From Macrostomum lignano (Eukaryota): a stretch of DNA of 64,000 bases. Both the position numbers and the translations under genes were made by a program. The notes below the pieces were generated by a model. The model was not told the DNA's origin. It ran no database searches and was given only the letters and a program-made list of their open reading frames with translations. Every line of letters begins with the position of its first letter. The stretch's first letter is position 1. Below are positions 49,147 to 61,317 of the stretch, one piece after another. The stretch spans positions 346,521 through 410,520 of the forward strand of contig NIVC01000736.1 of NCBI GenBank assembly GCA_002269645.1, in the 5' to 3' direction.

Positions 49147-49563
49147 TTACGGTAAAGTTTTGTCGTAAGACGACACAGTGTTCAATGCAGCAATGAACAA
49201 CCTCTGACAGTATTTTAAAGGCGACTGCGGCACTTGTCCCGCCAACGAGAAGTCCTGCGTCACCTGCTCAGAGCCATATTGCAACTTCAAAAAGACAAAG
49301 TCGCCCAGGGTTCTGTACCACACGGACTTGATGAACCAGCTGTCGTACGTGTGGGTCCGCCGCCTCACCCCGTTCGAGTACAGGCTGCGCAGGTCGCGGG
49401 AGGCGAAGGGGAGCTCAGCGGACGACTTCCCCCGTCGGCCCAAGGTTCGCGTCACGGTTTCGTCGGATTTTTCGAGCAAAGAAAGCCGCTCGATTGCCGG
49501 GTTGGGAGCTGCCTGCCAGCTGCTGCCACTGCTGCTGCTGCTGGCTGACCGAGTTGCTTGCAC
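49147..49563 (-). other. Probable coding exon of an unidentified gene, possibly continuing at ~48430-48620
   Basis: GC-rich island with exon-like composition (LPFASRDLRSLYSNG..WFIKSVWYRTLGDFVFLKLQYG). No N-terminal ATG and no family recognised; I could not build a consistent splice model. Confidence 0.35.
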
Positions 49564-50225
49564 TTTGGTTTGAGATTGTTCTCAGCAGCAATTATTTTCA
49601 GTTTTCTTAATCACTACTTATAGTAGAGTTGCTGCTAAGCTATTGGCCCCGCATATTGATCTGCTGTAATTAGGGCTTCGCTGGATTGTATAGAGACTGA
49701 TTTTCTTTTTCAAAGCCTAAATTTAATAAAAAATGTTAGCACCTATGTTTTGTCGGCTGAGCTGAGTTCTCAAAAGAGACGCTGAAATAGTTTTAGCGAT
49801 ATTTACAGGTGTCGATAATTTGCAGGTGCATATTAAGCTAGTAAAACACAAACGAATTTACTACACAAGGACGTGTGTACTTTTTATTATATATTATATT
49901 TTTTATAATTCGTCATAAGCAGTAGATGGCAGGTGTTCGTGCAAAATATATATATGGTTTCTCAACCAAACTCTGTCCCGCATGCTCAGTATGGATCTCT
50001 TCTCTCGGAAACTTGTTCAAGTTATGAGTAGCAGAACCAGCCAAGTCACGATTGTCACAATTCAACGAGATTTTGTATTGAATATTAACAGCCGAACTTT
50101 TTCCCAGTCGAGTAAAATTCTAAAGAGATAGATAAGGGGCCAATAAGTCCGAGCCAGAATAAATAAAGATTCGCAAGTAAACTCTTGAACTAGCTCGTAT
50201 GAGTGAAGTACCGCTACTTGGAGCC

Positions 50226-52732
50226 ATGGCCTCGATGCCCCGGATTCGCGAGGTCCGAGCCTACGTCAGGGACCAGCTGAAGGCTGCTGTCACGAACAGC
50301 GGGGACCGTCAGGGCGCCGACTGCCACGATGTGGACGACAGGCAAAGCTGAAATTGAACTGTGCTCTGTTGGGTCTTTGTCTAAAATCCATTTGAAAATA
50401 GGCATTTGACCTGACGTTATTTTCTATATTTAAAAAAATAAAAAATAATGTAGCTAGACATTCTGAGCTTATTCTGGGTTTATGCAAGCATGACGATGGC
50501 ATTTAGCTCGCTCTTAGCTGGACAAGAAATTCATGACTCATGCGCGCTGATGCAATTGAATTCCAAGTGATGTTCTGTTCAGGGCCTTGCCATGCGAAAG
50601 CAGTTAGATAGGAACCTGCGTACAATGTCCCGAGGACTGGATGTTCTACTTAGATTTTCCTTTCCAAAATCACCTTCTGGTGCGTTATTTTTTTTCTGAA
50701 GCGTTTCTGGTGCCGCAGGTTTTGGCGGGCCCACATCTTTCAAGCGCGTCCTCCATTCAAAACTAACGTCCTCCAATCGAAAATCAGATGGAGAACCGCA
50801 ATGTCTGGGTGAACTGAATTACTGTAGCGTTTATAATTTCTGATTAATATGGCATGGCATGTCTACACTTAGTAAATCATCTGTCCAGGCACTGGATTAA
50901 CGGCTACCCGACTCCCATCGCTAATCCCATGAGCTGCTATTCTCAGTACCGCGCCACCCGCAAGTCATGGGGCATCAACGCTTTGGGCAGCATGATTGTG
51001 GAGGTCGAAGCGGAGGACGGCACCACCGGAGTTGGAGTCACAATCGCCGGGGAGCCAGGTGAGAGACATCGATCAGCTACAGGTATCTATATGTACAGTT
51101 GTCTACGTCATCAATTTGCCGTTCCGTTACTCACCGCAGGCTGTTACATCGTTGAAAACCACCTAAGCCGCTTCATCGAGGGCGAAGACCCGCGCAACAT
51201 CGAGAAGATGTGGGACTGCATGTACCGCGCCACAGTCAATTACGGCCGCAAGGGCCTCACTCTGCAAGCAATTAGCGCCGTGGACCTGGCGCTGTGGGAC
51301 CTGCTGGGACGACTGCGAGGCGAACCAGTTTATAATCTACTTGGCGGTCTCTGTCGCGACCGCCTGCCCGTGTACTGCACCACAGCTCGGCCGGACATTG
51401 CTCAGAAGTTGGGTTTTGCCGGCGCCAAGGTGCCGTGCCCGCACGGTCCGGCAGAAGGCGACGCTGGCCTGCGCCGTAACGTGGCCTACTTCGCCGATTG
51501 GCGCCGCAAGGTGGGACCGGACTTCCAGCTCATGCTGGACTGCTACATGGCGCTCAGCGTGCCCTACAGCCTGCGCCTGGCCAAGGCCCTCGAGCCGCAC
51601 GGCTTGCGATGGCTGGAAGAGCCGCTGCATCCGGATGACTATCCCGGATATCGCCGGTTGGCTGACTCCTTGATGGCCAGCGGGTCGACCGTCCAGCTGA
51701 CCTGCGGTGAGCACGAGTACTCGCGCTACGGATTTCGAGATCTAATCGATGGCGGCGTGACCGTCCTGCAGCCGGACATCACCTGGCTTGGCGGCATTAC
51801 CGAGGCGCGTCGGGTGGTCGCCATGGCAGCTGCTCGGGATGCCGTAGTTGTTCCACATGGATCCAGCGTGTACAGCTACCATCTGCAGGTTGGCTTAAGC
51901 TTGCTTGGATACCAAATTGACAACTGCTAGCTTTCAGTTGATTTAATTAAAGAGTACTTCAAGTTCGCTTTGTTCTGTTTCCGCTTCTACTCATAGTCAA
52001 TAAATAAAAATTAAATTTAGTGTTATAGCTACTCAATATTCTCTGAATTTATCTAAACTAACCGATTAAACTAAAAAAAACTTCGAATTACGAGCGAATG
52101 CCCTTAAAGGCTTGCTTACACCAACATCAAAGTAGGCAAAAGGGAACGCCAACTTTGAGCACCGGAATGGGTCCCGAAGTGAATCAGGCCGACCGCAAAC
52201 TGCATGCAGAACTTGTCCGGTCAGTCGAATAAAAACGCCTAGACATCGCATTCAGGTCCTTGCCTTGAGCTCCCGGGTGATAAGGGGAATAAAATGAGGA
52301 TTAAATTTCAAATTAAGACACCGTAAAAGAACCTTGTCAACCTGAATCTTACACAAAGAGCCCCGGGGAGACCTTTGTATGCTAATCGTGTGGGAGTTTG
52401 GTCGGTTCAATAGCGACTTGGGTGGCTGTAGTGTGTCAGTTGACCTTTCGTCCTACCAAATCTCGCAGATGGCTTTTCCCAACTGTCCGCTTGGCGAGTT
52501 CATCAACCTGAGCCCGGAGGCGGACACCGTGAGCCCGTACTTCGGCAACTTGTTCCTGGATGAGCCGCTACCTGAGCGAGGCTTCGTACGACTGGCCGCC
52601 GACAGGCCTGGCTTCGGGGTGACGCTGAACCGCGAAGATTTGAGACGACCCTGCGAAGGTCGCGTCGTTGATTCAAAGCATCAAAGAGTGCCAAACAAGA
52701 TGGACGAAGAGCTGCCTGTGGTGCCGTTTTAA
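50226..52732 (+). CDS. rhmD: L-rhamnonate dehydratase-like (enolase/mandelate racemase superfamily), ~432 aa; exons 50226-50341, 50889-51058, 51140-51888, 52469-52732
   Basis: ADCHD..HWI..IANPMS.Y..R.SWGINALG..VEVEAEDG, ISAVDLALWDLLG..PVY.LLGG, LMLDCY, WLEEP, CGEHE, LQPDI, VVPHGSSVYSYH and PGFGV.LN follow RhmD/fungal LRA3, with the metal ligands D/E/E and the catalytic His intact. Intron 1 is GC-AG; the others are GT-AG. Confidence 0.92.
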
Positions 52733-53231
52733 ATATTTCTATATCCATTTGGTTGTTGTACCAAAGAGAACTTACACGAACAGCTACCCTTGCATCATCG
52801 AGGCTATCTGCACACTGTTTTGTGAATAATTTAATTGCGACTGTCTGGATCTGCTTTAACTTCACATTTATCCAACAGCTTTGCTTTAGAACGCAGCAAC
52901 TTCAAAAAGCTTTTTTGATTGAACGCTAACAGAAAAATTTACAAGCAAACATATGTATTCAGTAGAAAAATTTAACGCAACTTTGAAATTATACGCTCGT
53001 ACGAGCTAATTTTTTAAGGTAAAGAACATTCAAAACAAGCTCGTATATAATAGTCAAGGAAGTTCAACCATCTAATTGTTTTGGATCCGAGAGGAAGCAG
53101 AGAGTTGTGAAGGTCATAATTCGGTGTTTATGCGAGCTATAATCAACAAGCTTTGCGAGAATTGCCCCATTGGAAACCAAAGTATCGGATGCCTTATGAA
53201 AAACTGCCGATCTCAGAAATTCTTTTGAGGT

Positions 53232-55692
53232 TCACCCTCGGTAGCTGCAGTTGCGCACCACAGTCAGGTTACTCTCATACTCGTGGACCAGCTCGCGTCG
53301 AAGCGGCTTCTGAGTGTCGAACAGCGTCGGGGCCTGAAAGAAGATCCCAAAAGTGCCAACGATTGCCGACAGGCCAAAACTGAGCAGGAAGATTCTGTCC
53401 AGCACGAGCGCCACGTATTTCCATTCCTCCGTGCTTGTGCTGGACCGAATGTCGGCGCGGATCCGGCGCGCAATCGACCGGACGCCGCGCACAGCTCGTG
53501 CCATATCGTGGACGCTCACCTCACCATCGATGACATCCGTACTGTCATTCTCCTCCATGCTTTCGAGTCTTTCTTCATCCTCTTCTTCTTTCTCATCATC
53601 ATCGTCGTCCTCGAGACAGTCAGCGCCGTGGTAGCTGCTGTGGCTGATGTCCTCGACAGGCGCTCGCCGGTCCATGCAGAGAGTGCCAGGCAGGGTTTGC
53701 AGGAACAGCCGCTTAGCCCAGTCTGGCACCTTGTTCACGTGCGGCGACCGGTAGCGAACGTTCAGAACGACTGTGGACACGAGGATGGACAGGCTCACTA
53801 GGATCATTGTGAACATCAGGTACTTGGTAATCAGCGGGACAACGAGCGATGTCGGGGGCGTCAGGTCGAACACCATCATCATGAACACAGTCAGGGCGAT
53901 AAGAATTGAGATGCTGAGTGTTATTTTCTCCTGTGAATCAGCGGCAGGTAGAACACGCAGATGGTGAGGAAGCTGATGGCCAAACAGGGGCAGATGAGGC
54001 TGATCCCATAGAATAAGGACTGCCGGCGAAACTTCAGGCTGTTGGTTCAGGTAAGGAGTACGAATATTAGTTTAGATAGCATTCAAATTCTGACTCTTGA
54101 ATGCAAATTTATTAATGCTTACAAGAATGTGATATCCAGGTAGGGCTCCGGGCAGCAGGCATAATAAACAATGTTTCGCTTGGCGGACACCTGAAGCAGG
54201 TCCCACTCCGTGTTCTCAACATACTCGGACAGATCCACTGCGTAGTTGATCTCGGCTTCGCAGTCGTCGAACTTGATCCTGTTGAGCCGTTTAGCCTCGG
54301 CCTTCTGCGCTAGATGTCGCAGGTCGATGTGCAGCCCGTGGTAGGTCCAGGTGCCCATCTTCAGCCGGCAGTCCTGCATGTCGAACGGGAAGAACTCCAC
54401 ATTGATGTCGCAGGTGCTCTCATAGATGACGGGCGGCTTCCAAACTACCGTGCCGTCATAATAGACCTTCAGCTTGGTAGAAGACTGGCTCAGGTCCCAG
54501 TCGCTGCCGGCGCTACAAGTTATATCATAAATACTCTTTGAGTAGTTCGTGTTGGACGAGCTAGTTAAACTGCATCAACTTGATAGTGCTCAAGTAGTCA
54601 AAATATCAAAAACTAAACTGCTACAAAAAGTTTCGAGATAGGATTAGGTGGCTAAGGGTTTTGTCACAACTCCACTTCCACCGTGTCCGTCATTGACGCC
54701 GCAAAGGTTGATTAAGCAAGGATAAAAGACTTTTTAATTCCAAACGCAGGCAAAGCCAGACCAAGACACCAGCCATGATCTATATTTGGCCAAATGGTCC
54801 TGACCTCTGTCCAGATTTTTGTTCTTTAGCCCCAAAACCTCAGAGCAGTATTGAAAACAATTTGCATGATATATACGCTCGTACCGAACCAGAAAACAAA
54901 TATTGTAAGATTCTTCGCTTCGTTCATCATCAATGTTTAAATACAGATTGTTGCACTAAAATGTAAGGAATACATAAGGCGACTCACTTGCTGTAAAGCA
55001 CAACGTCGGGTGTCCAGAGCGCATCAGACGGCAGCAGCATATGATCGACGCCACCGTAGCTCTCTGGATGCCAGATGAAGAATGGGTCAGTCCACTCCTG
55101 CAACACCCACATGTTGAGCTTAATGATCTGATTCTTCTCGTCCACGTCCATTATTTGCGTCAAGCTGACGTTCATGTACATGATCACTGGCTGAGAGTTG
55201 TTAACCACCGGCCTAGCGTACCTGTAACTGGTCCTGGACAGGTAAAAATCGCTGTACAGATGCGCCAGTCCCGGCGGCGAGGCGTTTATTGCTAAATGAA
55301 GATATTTAAGTACATTGTCAATACGGTTATCAATGGTCTTAAAGGAATGGGAGTCTAACAATTAGGGACTAATATGTAAACGTAAGCTCATAAAGTGGAG
55401 TCCCTAATTATCCGCTTGCTTGTTCTCTCAAATCTCTCTCTTGTTTTACCAAATCCAGCTTCCTGGTGTCACTGTGAGCAGAATGATATATAATTGTGTA
55501 CATAGATTACTCGGGCTCCACTTTATGAGCTTACATGTAAGTTGACAGGCACTTCATACGCAGCACATTATTACGATTGCAAACAGTAGAAATGGCAAGT
55601 AGTACATACAGTTACATTCTTTATGCTCTTCACTTACCCTCGAAGATGCTGACGAGACTCAGAACAGTCAATAGCTCTACGTCCCGTGCCAT
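53232..55692 (-). CDS. Nicotinic acetylcholine receptor alpha-type subunit; exons 55692-55638, 55291-54988, 54512-54123, 54038-53232; one -1 frameshift at ~53945
   Basis: Signal peptide, [10 protein letters not shown], Cys-loop [20 protein letters not shown], vicinal cysteines [10 protein letters not shown]2 [18 protein letters not shown]3 [12 protein letters not shown] and TM4 [13 protein letters not shown]. The frame slips between YLP and ADSQEK. Confidence 0.9.
55385..55531. mobile_element. ~147-bp MITE with TA flanks (Tc1/mariner-like), in nAChR intron 1
   Basis: TIR AGCTCATAAAGTGGAG...CTCCACTTTATGAGCT with TA on both sides; related copy at ~38885-39070. Confidence 0.75.
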
Positions 55693-57749
55693 TTCGAGTT
55701 CAAATCGAGTCTCAAATCGCAGGGTTCAATTCGAATTCATCTTCCTAATCTACTCGGCAGCTTCTCAAATCTCTGCTGAGGCCGAGCTCGAACTGGGGTT
55801 GCTTTTGGGCTAGCGACGCAAGATGCAGTATGATGGAAGGCAAGACAATTTGCCCGGCTGAGTACGGGAGTACACAGGTGTGACAGGCTGTGGGTAAATA
55901 TACGAGTCTGGCATAAAGCTGCACAATGAGGTTTCGGGGAGGGCATTGTTTGCACAAGTATCCACTTCGGGCATAGGAATCTGCACTGCACGCTCTCTGC
56001 AGTTTATCACAGCAGAGTGCAGATGTGAGCACAGAATGCTGCGCGAAAGCCAGTTTAGCACATATAGCCTTTAGTTCTCTCATTATACGCTTGCATGTAC
56101 ATGCAGCTTCAGGCTCGCTCCGGGCTACATCCCGAGTCTACTATCGACTAGGACCAGGAGAGCAAGGTGCATGGTTACAGAATTAACGAAATTTTCGAAG
56201 TTCTTAATTGTGGTTGATAGTTTCCAATTCAGTATATTACATGTACATCCAGCGTACCGGTACGTTTAAGTTAACGAAACTTCTTCAGCTATGCATACAT
56301 GTATTGCGGTCAAGTGTTGACTAGTGAATACACTTGTTCATGTACTCGCCATTCATCCATGAAGCATCGTGGCATCCCAGATTCCCAGCAACTCCCACGG
56401 AAGGACACTGTCTAACAGTATTGAGAGGCCGCCCCCAAAGGACAAAGTTGTGGGAGAACTACTAAAATCAAGATCAGGGGCACCACGACTGCTGTGTAGT
56501 GGCGCCAAATCAGCTGACAAAGGGTGCCATGATTTTTCTCTCTAATCGAGGAGGATGGGGGGCGCGGCCCTCTAGCCAGCTGGAGTCACCGACGGCGCAA
56601 CAGGTCGCTTGGCTTCCAGGTGTATAAATAAGTCATGAATCACTTAGGAAGGCTAGAAGTTACCCTAAGCCGCTCCCCCACTTGTCGATTCCCCTGACCA
56701 ACATACAGTACTACACCACGCTACTCAATGCAGCTCGAAAGCAACGAGCTCAGTTGACCAACAACTGGCGACAGATGTCTCGCATAGTTATATACACACT
56801 ACTGCTACTCAAGTCCGCTTCGTGCAAGTGATGACGATAAATATATATTTTTGACGAGAATTGCGAGCAGACAGATGGATATTTGCGAGTGATTCATTAC
56901 TCGGCGATTAGTGTGGGGAGAGGAGTTGCAGAGCCGCTAAGCCAGAGCAATACATTACCGGTAGACAGACAGCAAGACTGAAAGTAACAGGCCCAACACG
57001 AGCCAGAGCAAAATTTGTTGATGGAAAAAATGGGAAAAATTACCGAGGCACAAATAATAAGCACTGGAATAGGCGAAGCTGAATTTCAATAAAACCATTC
57101 ACGAAAGCAATTATTATAATAAAAAATTCAAGGGGAAATTCGCAAAATCCATTCCAACTGGGTACAATTCGGGCATTTCACTGAAAAGTTTTAGCTTAAG
57201 GAGGGTCCGGGACACCCGAATTGGCACTGCAGCCTGGCATTGCACAACTATTATAAAATACAAATTGTAAATAGAAAGATTGGCTACAAAAAGTAATACA
57301 GATTTTATTAATAAATATCAATCAAGTAAAGAAAAAGTTACAAAGCAGTAAAAGGTGGGATATTAGCTACGAATTCCGTTTCATCGTAAACGCGCCACAA
57401 CACAGACAATCGGTTTCAGTTGCCAGGACAAAGCACCTGCAGTGAGCAAAGCTGGCCCACTATGAAGGGAGATGCGAAGCGCAGGGGAGCGAAGAAGCTA
57501 AAAGCGCAAGAAGGGTCACCGATCGATGCTCCATTGGTAGCAGGCTGTGCATCGTAGCTCGGAGTTGATCAGAAAATAGTACCGCTGTATAGCCCCACAT
57601 ACCGAATCATCAGCTACTGATTGAGAGTCAGCTTGTCTCCCTAGTCAAATGGAACATGCTACAGGATTTGTCAATCTACAAAAAGCACCAGAAATTTGAA
57701 TGCACTGTCGCACAGTTTCCATAACAAAAGCAACGTTCACTGCTGAGCC

Positions 57750-60394
57750 TCAGACTGCAGCATCCGATGACGCTGGCTTCTTCTGCAGCAGCGGCTCAAC
57801 AGTGGCTCCGCCATCCTCAGTGGCGGTGGTGACGCCGCTGGTCAGCTGGTCGCCATTGCTGGCCCGATATTTGTCGTCCAGCGGCAAGTTCTGGGACGCC
57901 TGCGGCTGCTGCTGACTGGCGGGATCGGCTAAGCTCGCCAACGACAGGTGCACCAGGAGAGCCAGCAGTACAGCGAACCAGAGGAACCAGGCGATGCAGA
58001 ACCACAGGATGCTGAGCGGATACAGAACCGAACGGCACGGGATGTCAACAAACGACTGGTAGAAGTTGTACACATTGCGACACGGTGCAATGACAGACAG
58101 AAAGCCGATAGTGGTGTTGTCAGCGATTGCTTTGGACTCGGCTGTGCTGCCATCAATCACGTGCATAGTGTAGTACTCGACAGCGGTCTCCGTCCAAAGT
58201 GTCGAGTTTCTCAAGAATCTGTCCATGTGCTCGTTGCTGTTGATCACAGTGTCAATGACAGACACGACGTTTTTCTTCGCTTCCAATTGCTCCGTCTTTG
58301 GCACAAAGTAGTCAGTGGTATTCGACAGAATTCCTAGAGCGCGCAGCACCGATCCGATATTCTCCCTATTGCTGTCAGCCAACTTCCATGTGCTGTCCTC
58401 AGTGTTGTTGATTCGCGATTGAATGTAGCGGTTGAGCTCCTGCAGCACCAGTAACACGCCTTTGCTCCGGCCAGCAGGTCCGATTTCGCGCCCACAATGC
58501 CACCCAAGTCAGCGAAGGGATAATTCGTGTACTTGACGAACACCATGCGCAGGCTTCGCATCTTGTCTCCCAAATTTTCGTCGCGCAGCACCTCAAGATT
58601 AGCGTTGCTCATCTCGCGGCGAAGGATATCCCGTCCTTTCTTCTTGAACTCGAGAGACGCCTCGGCGCTGTTGGAAGCCTCGGTGTCAATGTAACGGACA
58701 GCGTCCAGCGCCTTGACAATGGGCAGGTCAGCCTGACAGCCGTCGAGGATGCCACCGATGAGCCGGCCAACGCCGGTCAACGGAATCGAATCGGTTGCGT
58801 TGGGATCAGCGGCGGCGCGGGCCTTGAGCTCGCGCACAATCGCGTTGACCTCCGGCACCAGGAAGCTGTCAGCCGTTTTTCTCCTCGTACATGTAACGGC
58901 AGGTTTCTGTCTGTAGGTAGCCGGTGATGCAAAACAACAGGCAGACGAACACGATGGCCAGCGCGTAGGCGATGTAGCTGGCGTAAACGCCGCCCATCAG
59001 AATGCCCGACCGAGTCTTTGCAACACTGGGTAGTTGGATGGCACAGACTCCGTGGCCAACAGCACTAGCGTCAGCAGAGAGCAGCCACCAGCAGCACAGT
59101 GGTCACGCCGAATCGCATGGACTCGAATCGGGAGGATGATTTGGCGTAACCAGCCTGGACGCGGGTAGATGCGTTGCGTAGCGAGCCGATAGCCTTCTGA
59201 GTCTTATTTTCCAGGTCGTCAAGCTTCGTATTTAGACCGCTTAAAATGAACTCGGTGGAGTTGAGCTCGCGATCAAACACGCTGGAGATGTTGCGGTTGA
59301 ATTCAATGCTCACGTTCACCTTCTTCTCTTTGATTCGCTGCTGAGCTTCGGGCGAGTTGTTTGTGCCGTCCAGAGTACCGACAAAATCTCTGAGAAGATT
59401 AGTAACGTTGTTAAACGCGCCCTGTGGAGTCATACTGGACGGCTTCTCGGCCCATTCATTGTGTACTTGTCGGATAATTATCAATGCATCATTAATACTT
59501 TTGGAGTGATTTCTGCAGATGCTATCAGATACTTGATAGCGCCTGCAATCCGCCTCGAACGACAGCAGTCGCGCATTGTTTAGGTTGTTAAGTGCACTGT
59601 TCACCACCTTGCTCAAGTCTCCCAGCCGCACGCCAGTGTAATAGTACAGTCCCATGCGGTCAAGCAGATCCGATGAGCTGGCTGTCAGAGTGTTGGGCCG
59701 ATTTTTTTCACGAAATGCATTCTGATAGGCCGTCTGCGACTTGTTCTTCATCGCGGCAGTCATGTCCAGCGTCCACTGGATGACGGGCTGCACGTCGCGG
59801 CGAGCCTTGGGCACCAGATCGGCCAGGAAAGTCTCCACGCTATCGAAAGCCTGCTGGATCTGATTGGCCACGGTGCCGTCGCGGTTGGATTGGCTGTCCG
59901 ACACACTGGCGTGGAGGCGAGAATTGGCCGCGAATGACAGCATAAGCGGCACGAGGGCCATCAGCAGGACCAGGGCGGACACAATGCCCATCAGACGGCG
60001 CAGTGAAATGGGCAGCTGGTTGACCCGGCTGGCTCGGAGACGCAGCTTGTTTTTCATCGCATTGCTAGCGTTAGAATCAGTCCGCCTGCGGCAGCAGATG
60101 CTAACGACAATCAGAGTTATTAGAGCCAGGACCAGCAGAACTGTGAACACGATTGCCGTGAGGTTGCCCCCGGAGAGCATCGTGGATTTTGCGTCGCCGA
60201 CGATGGCCTGGCGGTCGAGGCTGCGATTGACAACAGCCGAATAGAGGAGGTGCCGCTCACCGACCAACTGGAAGATGCCGCCGTCCCAGGCGCGGCTGCC
60301 ATCGAGGAATGACATGGCGCTGCTGCGAATGGACTGCAGGTAGGACTCCATTACTTCACTGAAGAACTGTCCAAGCTTCGAAATTCGATTAGAT
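57750..60394 (-). CDS. Prominin-like five-TM glycoprotein, apparently one long exon with four frameshifts (~59088, ~59008, ~58875, ~58465); signal-peptide exon not identified
   Basis: TM1 followed by CCRRR, TM2, a large N-glycosylated loop, TM3-TM4 ending TETCRY, a second loop, then VIAPCRNVYN..DIPC..LYPLSILWFCIAW TM5. This is prominin topology and cysteine pattern. Acceptor TTTTACCTGCAG at ~60395. Confidence 0.75.
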
Positions 60395-61317
60395 CTGCAG
60401 GTAAAAGTCAAGTTTAACCAAATAAATATCACTTGAAAAGTTTATAAAAGTCTAGCAAGATAGAGCGAGAGGCAAAGCTTCGGGCGCATTTTCGTCATAG
60501 ACAAACTGAATCGAATGCCATGGAGAGAAGGAACTCACAGCCGAACTGCGCCCTAACTTGAATAACAACTTGCATGGAATGCAAATTTCCCTAGTTGCTT
60601 AGCGGCAAAATTTCGAGACTGTAGAAAGCGAAAACCCCAATAAAGCACGAGTGTATAGCATAATCGAATCGGGTGTTTATTTCAAACTACGATGCAGTCT
60701 TAGTTGAAAAAAACAACTAAGGGTGTTCAGAACGAAATGAAATTCACACGAGCGGAGAGAGCCGAGCAATGCAGAGTTTCGAGTTTCAAAGCTGAATTAA
60801 ATTGTTTTGCACGCATGAACTTTGGCCTCTGTCCTTACTTATGCGCGATCCGAGCAGTTTTAAGCTTTATAAAAACACTGCATGTTTTTCGCTGCTCTGA
60901 CCAGGTCCAGGCCGCCAGACAATTCGCACGCATTTAATTTGAATTATAATATCAATGCTATCGTATGCAGATAGTTTTAAACTGGCCCGTGGTGGGCAAA
61001 TTGAATTTTGGTCACTGCAGGTTTCAAAGTCCGTCTGTCTATAGCAGACCTTATCATTTATTAGTCATCAAACTACTGATACGAGCTACTTCAATGTAAC
61101 AAAGATAAAAAACATTCAAAAGTGCTGTGCAGTTACGAGAGATCCTGCTTTCTTTGACTTTATACTACTTAAATAAGTAGCTTTAAATTTTGAATACTTC
61201 TTTGCCTCAAATTCCACAAAACTAAAAAACTTGAATAGTTTTATCGATATGACGATATTATTTAAAAATTTTAACTAAGTTGCTTCAGTAATAACCACTA
61301 CATTGACTCAGTAATAA

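Noticed and set aside
50226-52732. Bacterial contamination as the source of rhmD
   Set aside because: It has three spliceosomal introns and is contiguous with animal genes.
53850-53960. Anion-selective flatworm-type acetylcholine receptor
   Set aside because: The TM1-TM2 linker reads ADSQEKITL, retaining the Glu typical of cation-selective nAChRs rather than a Pro-Ala motif.
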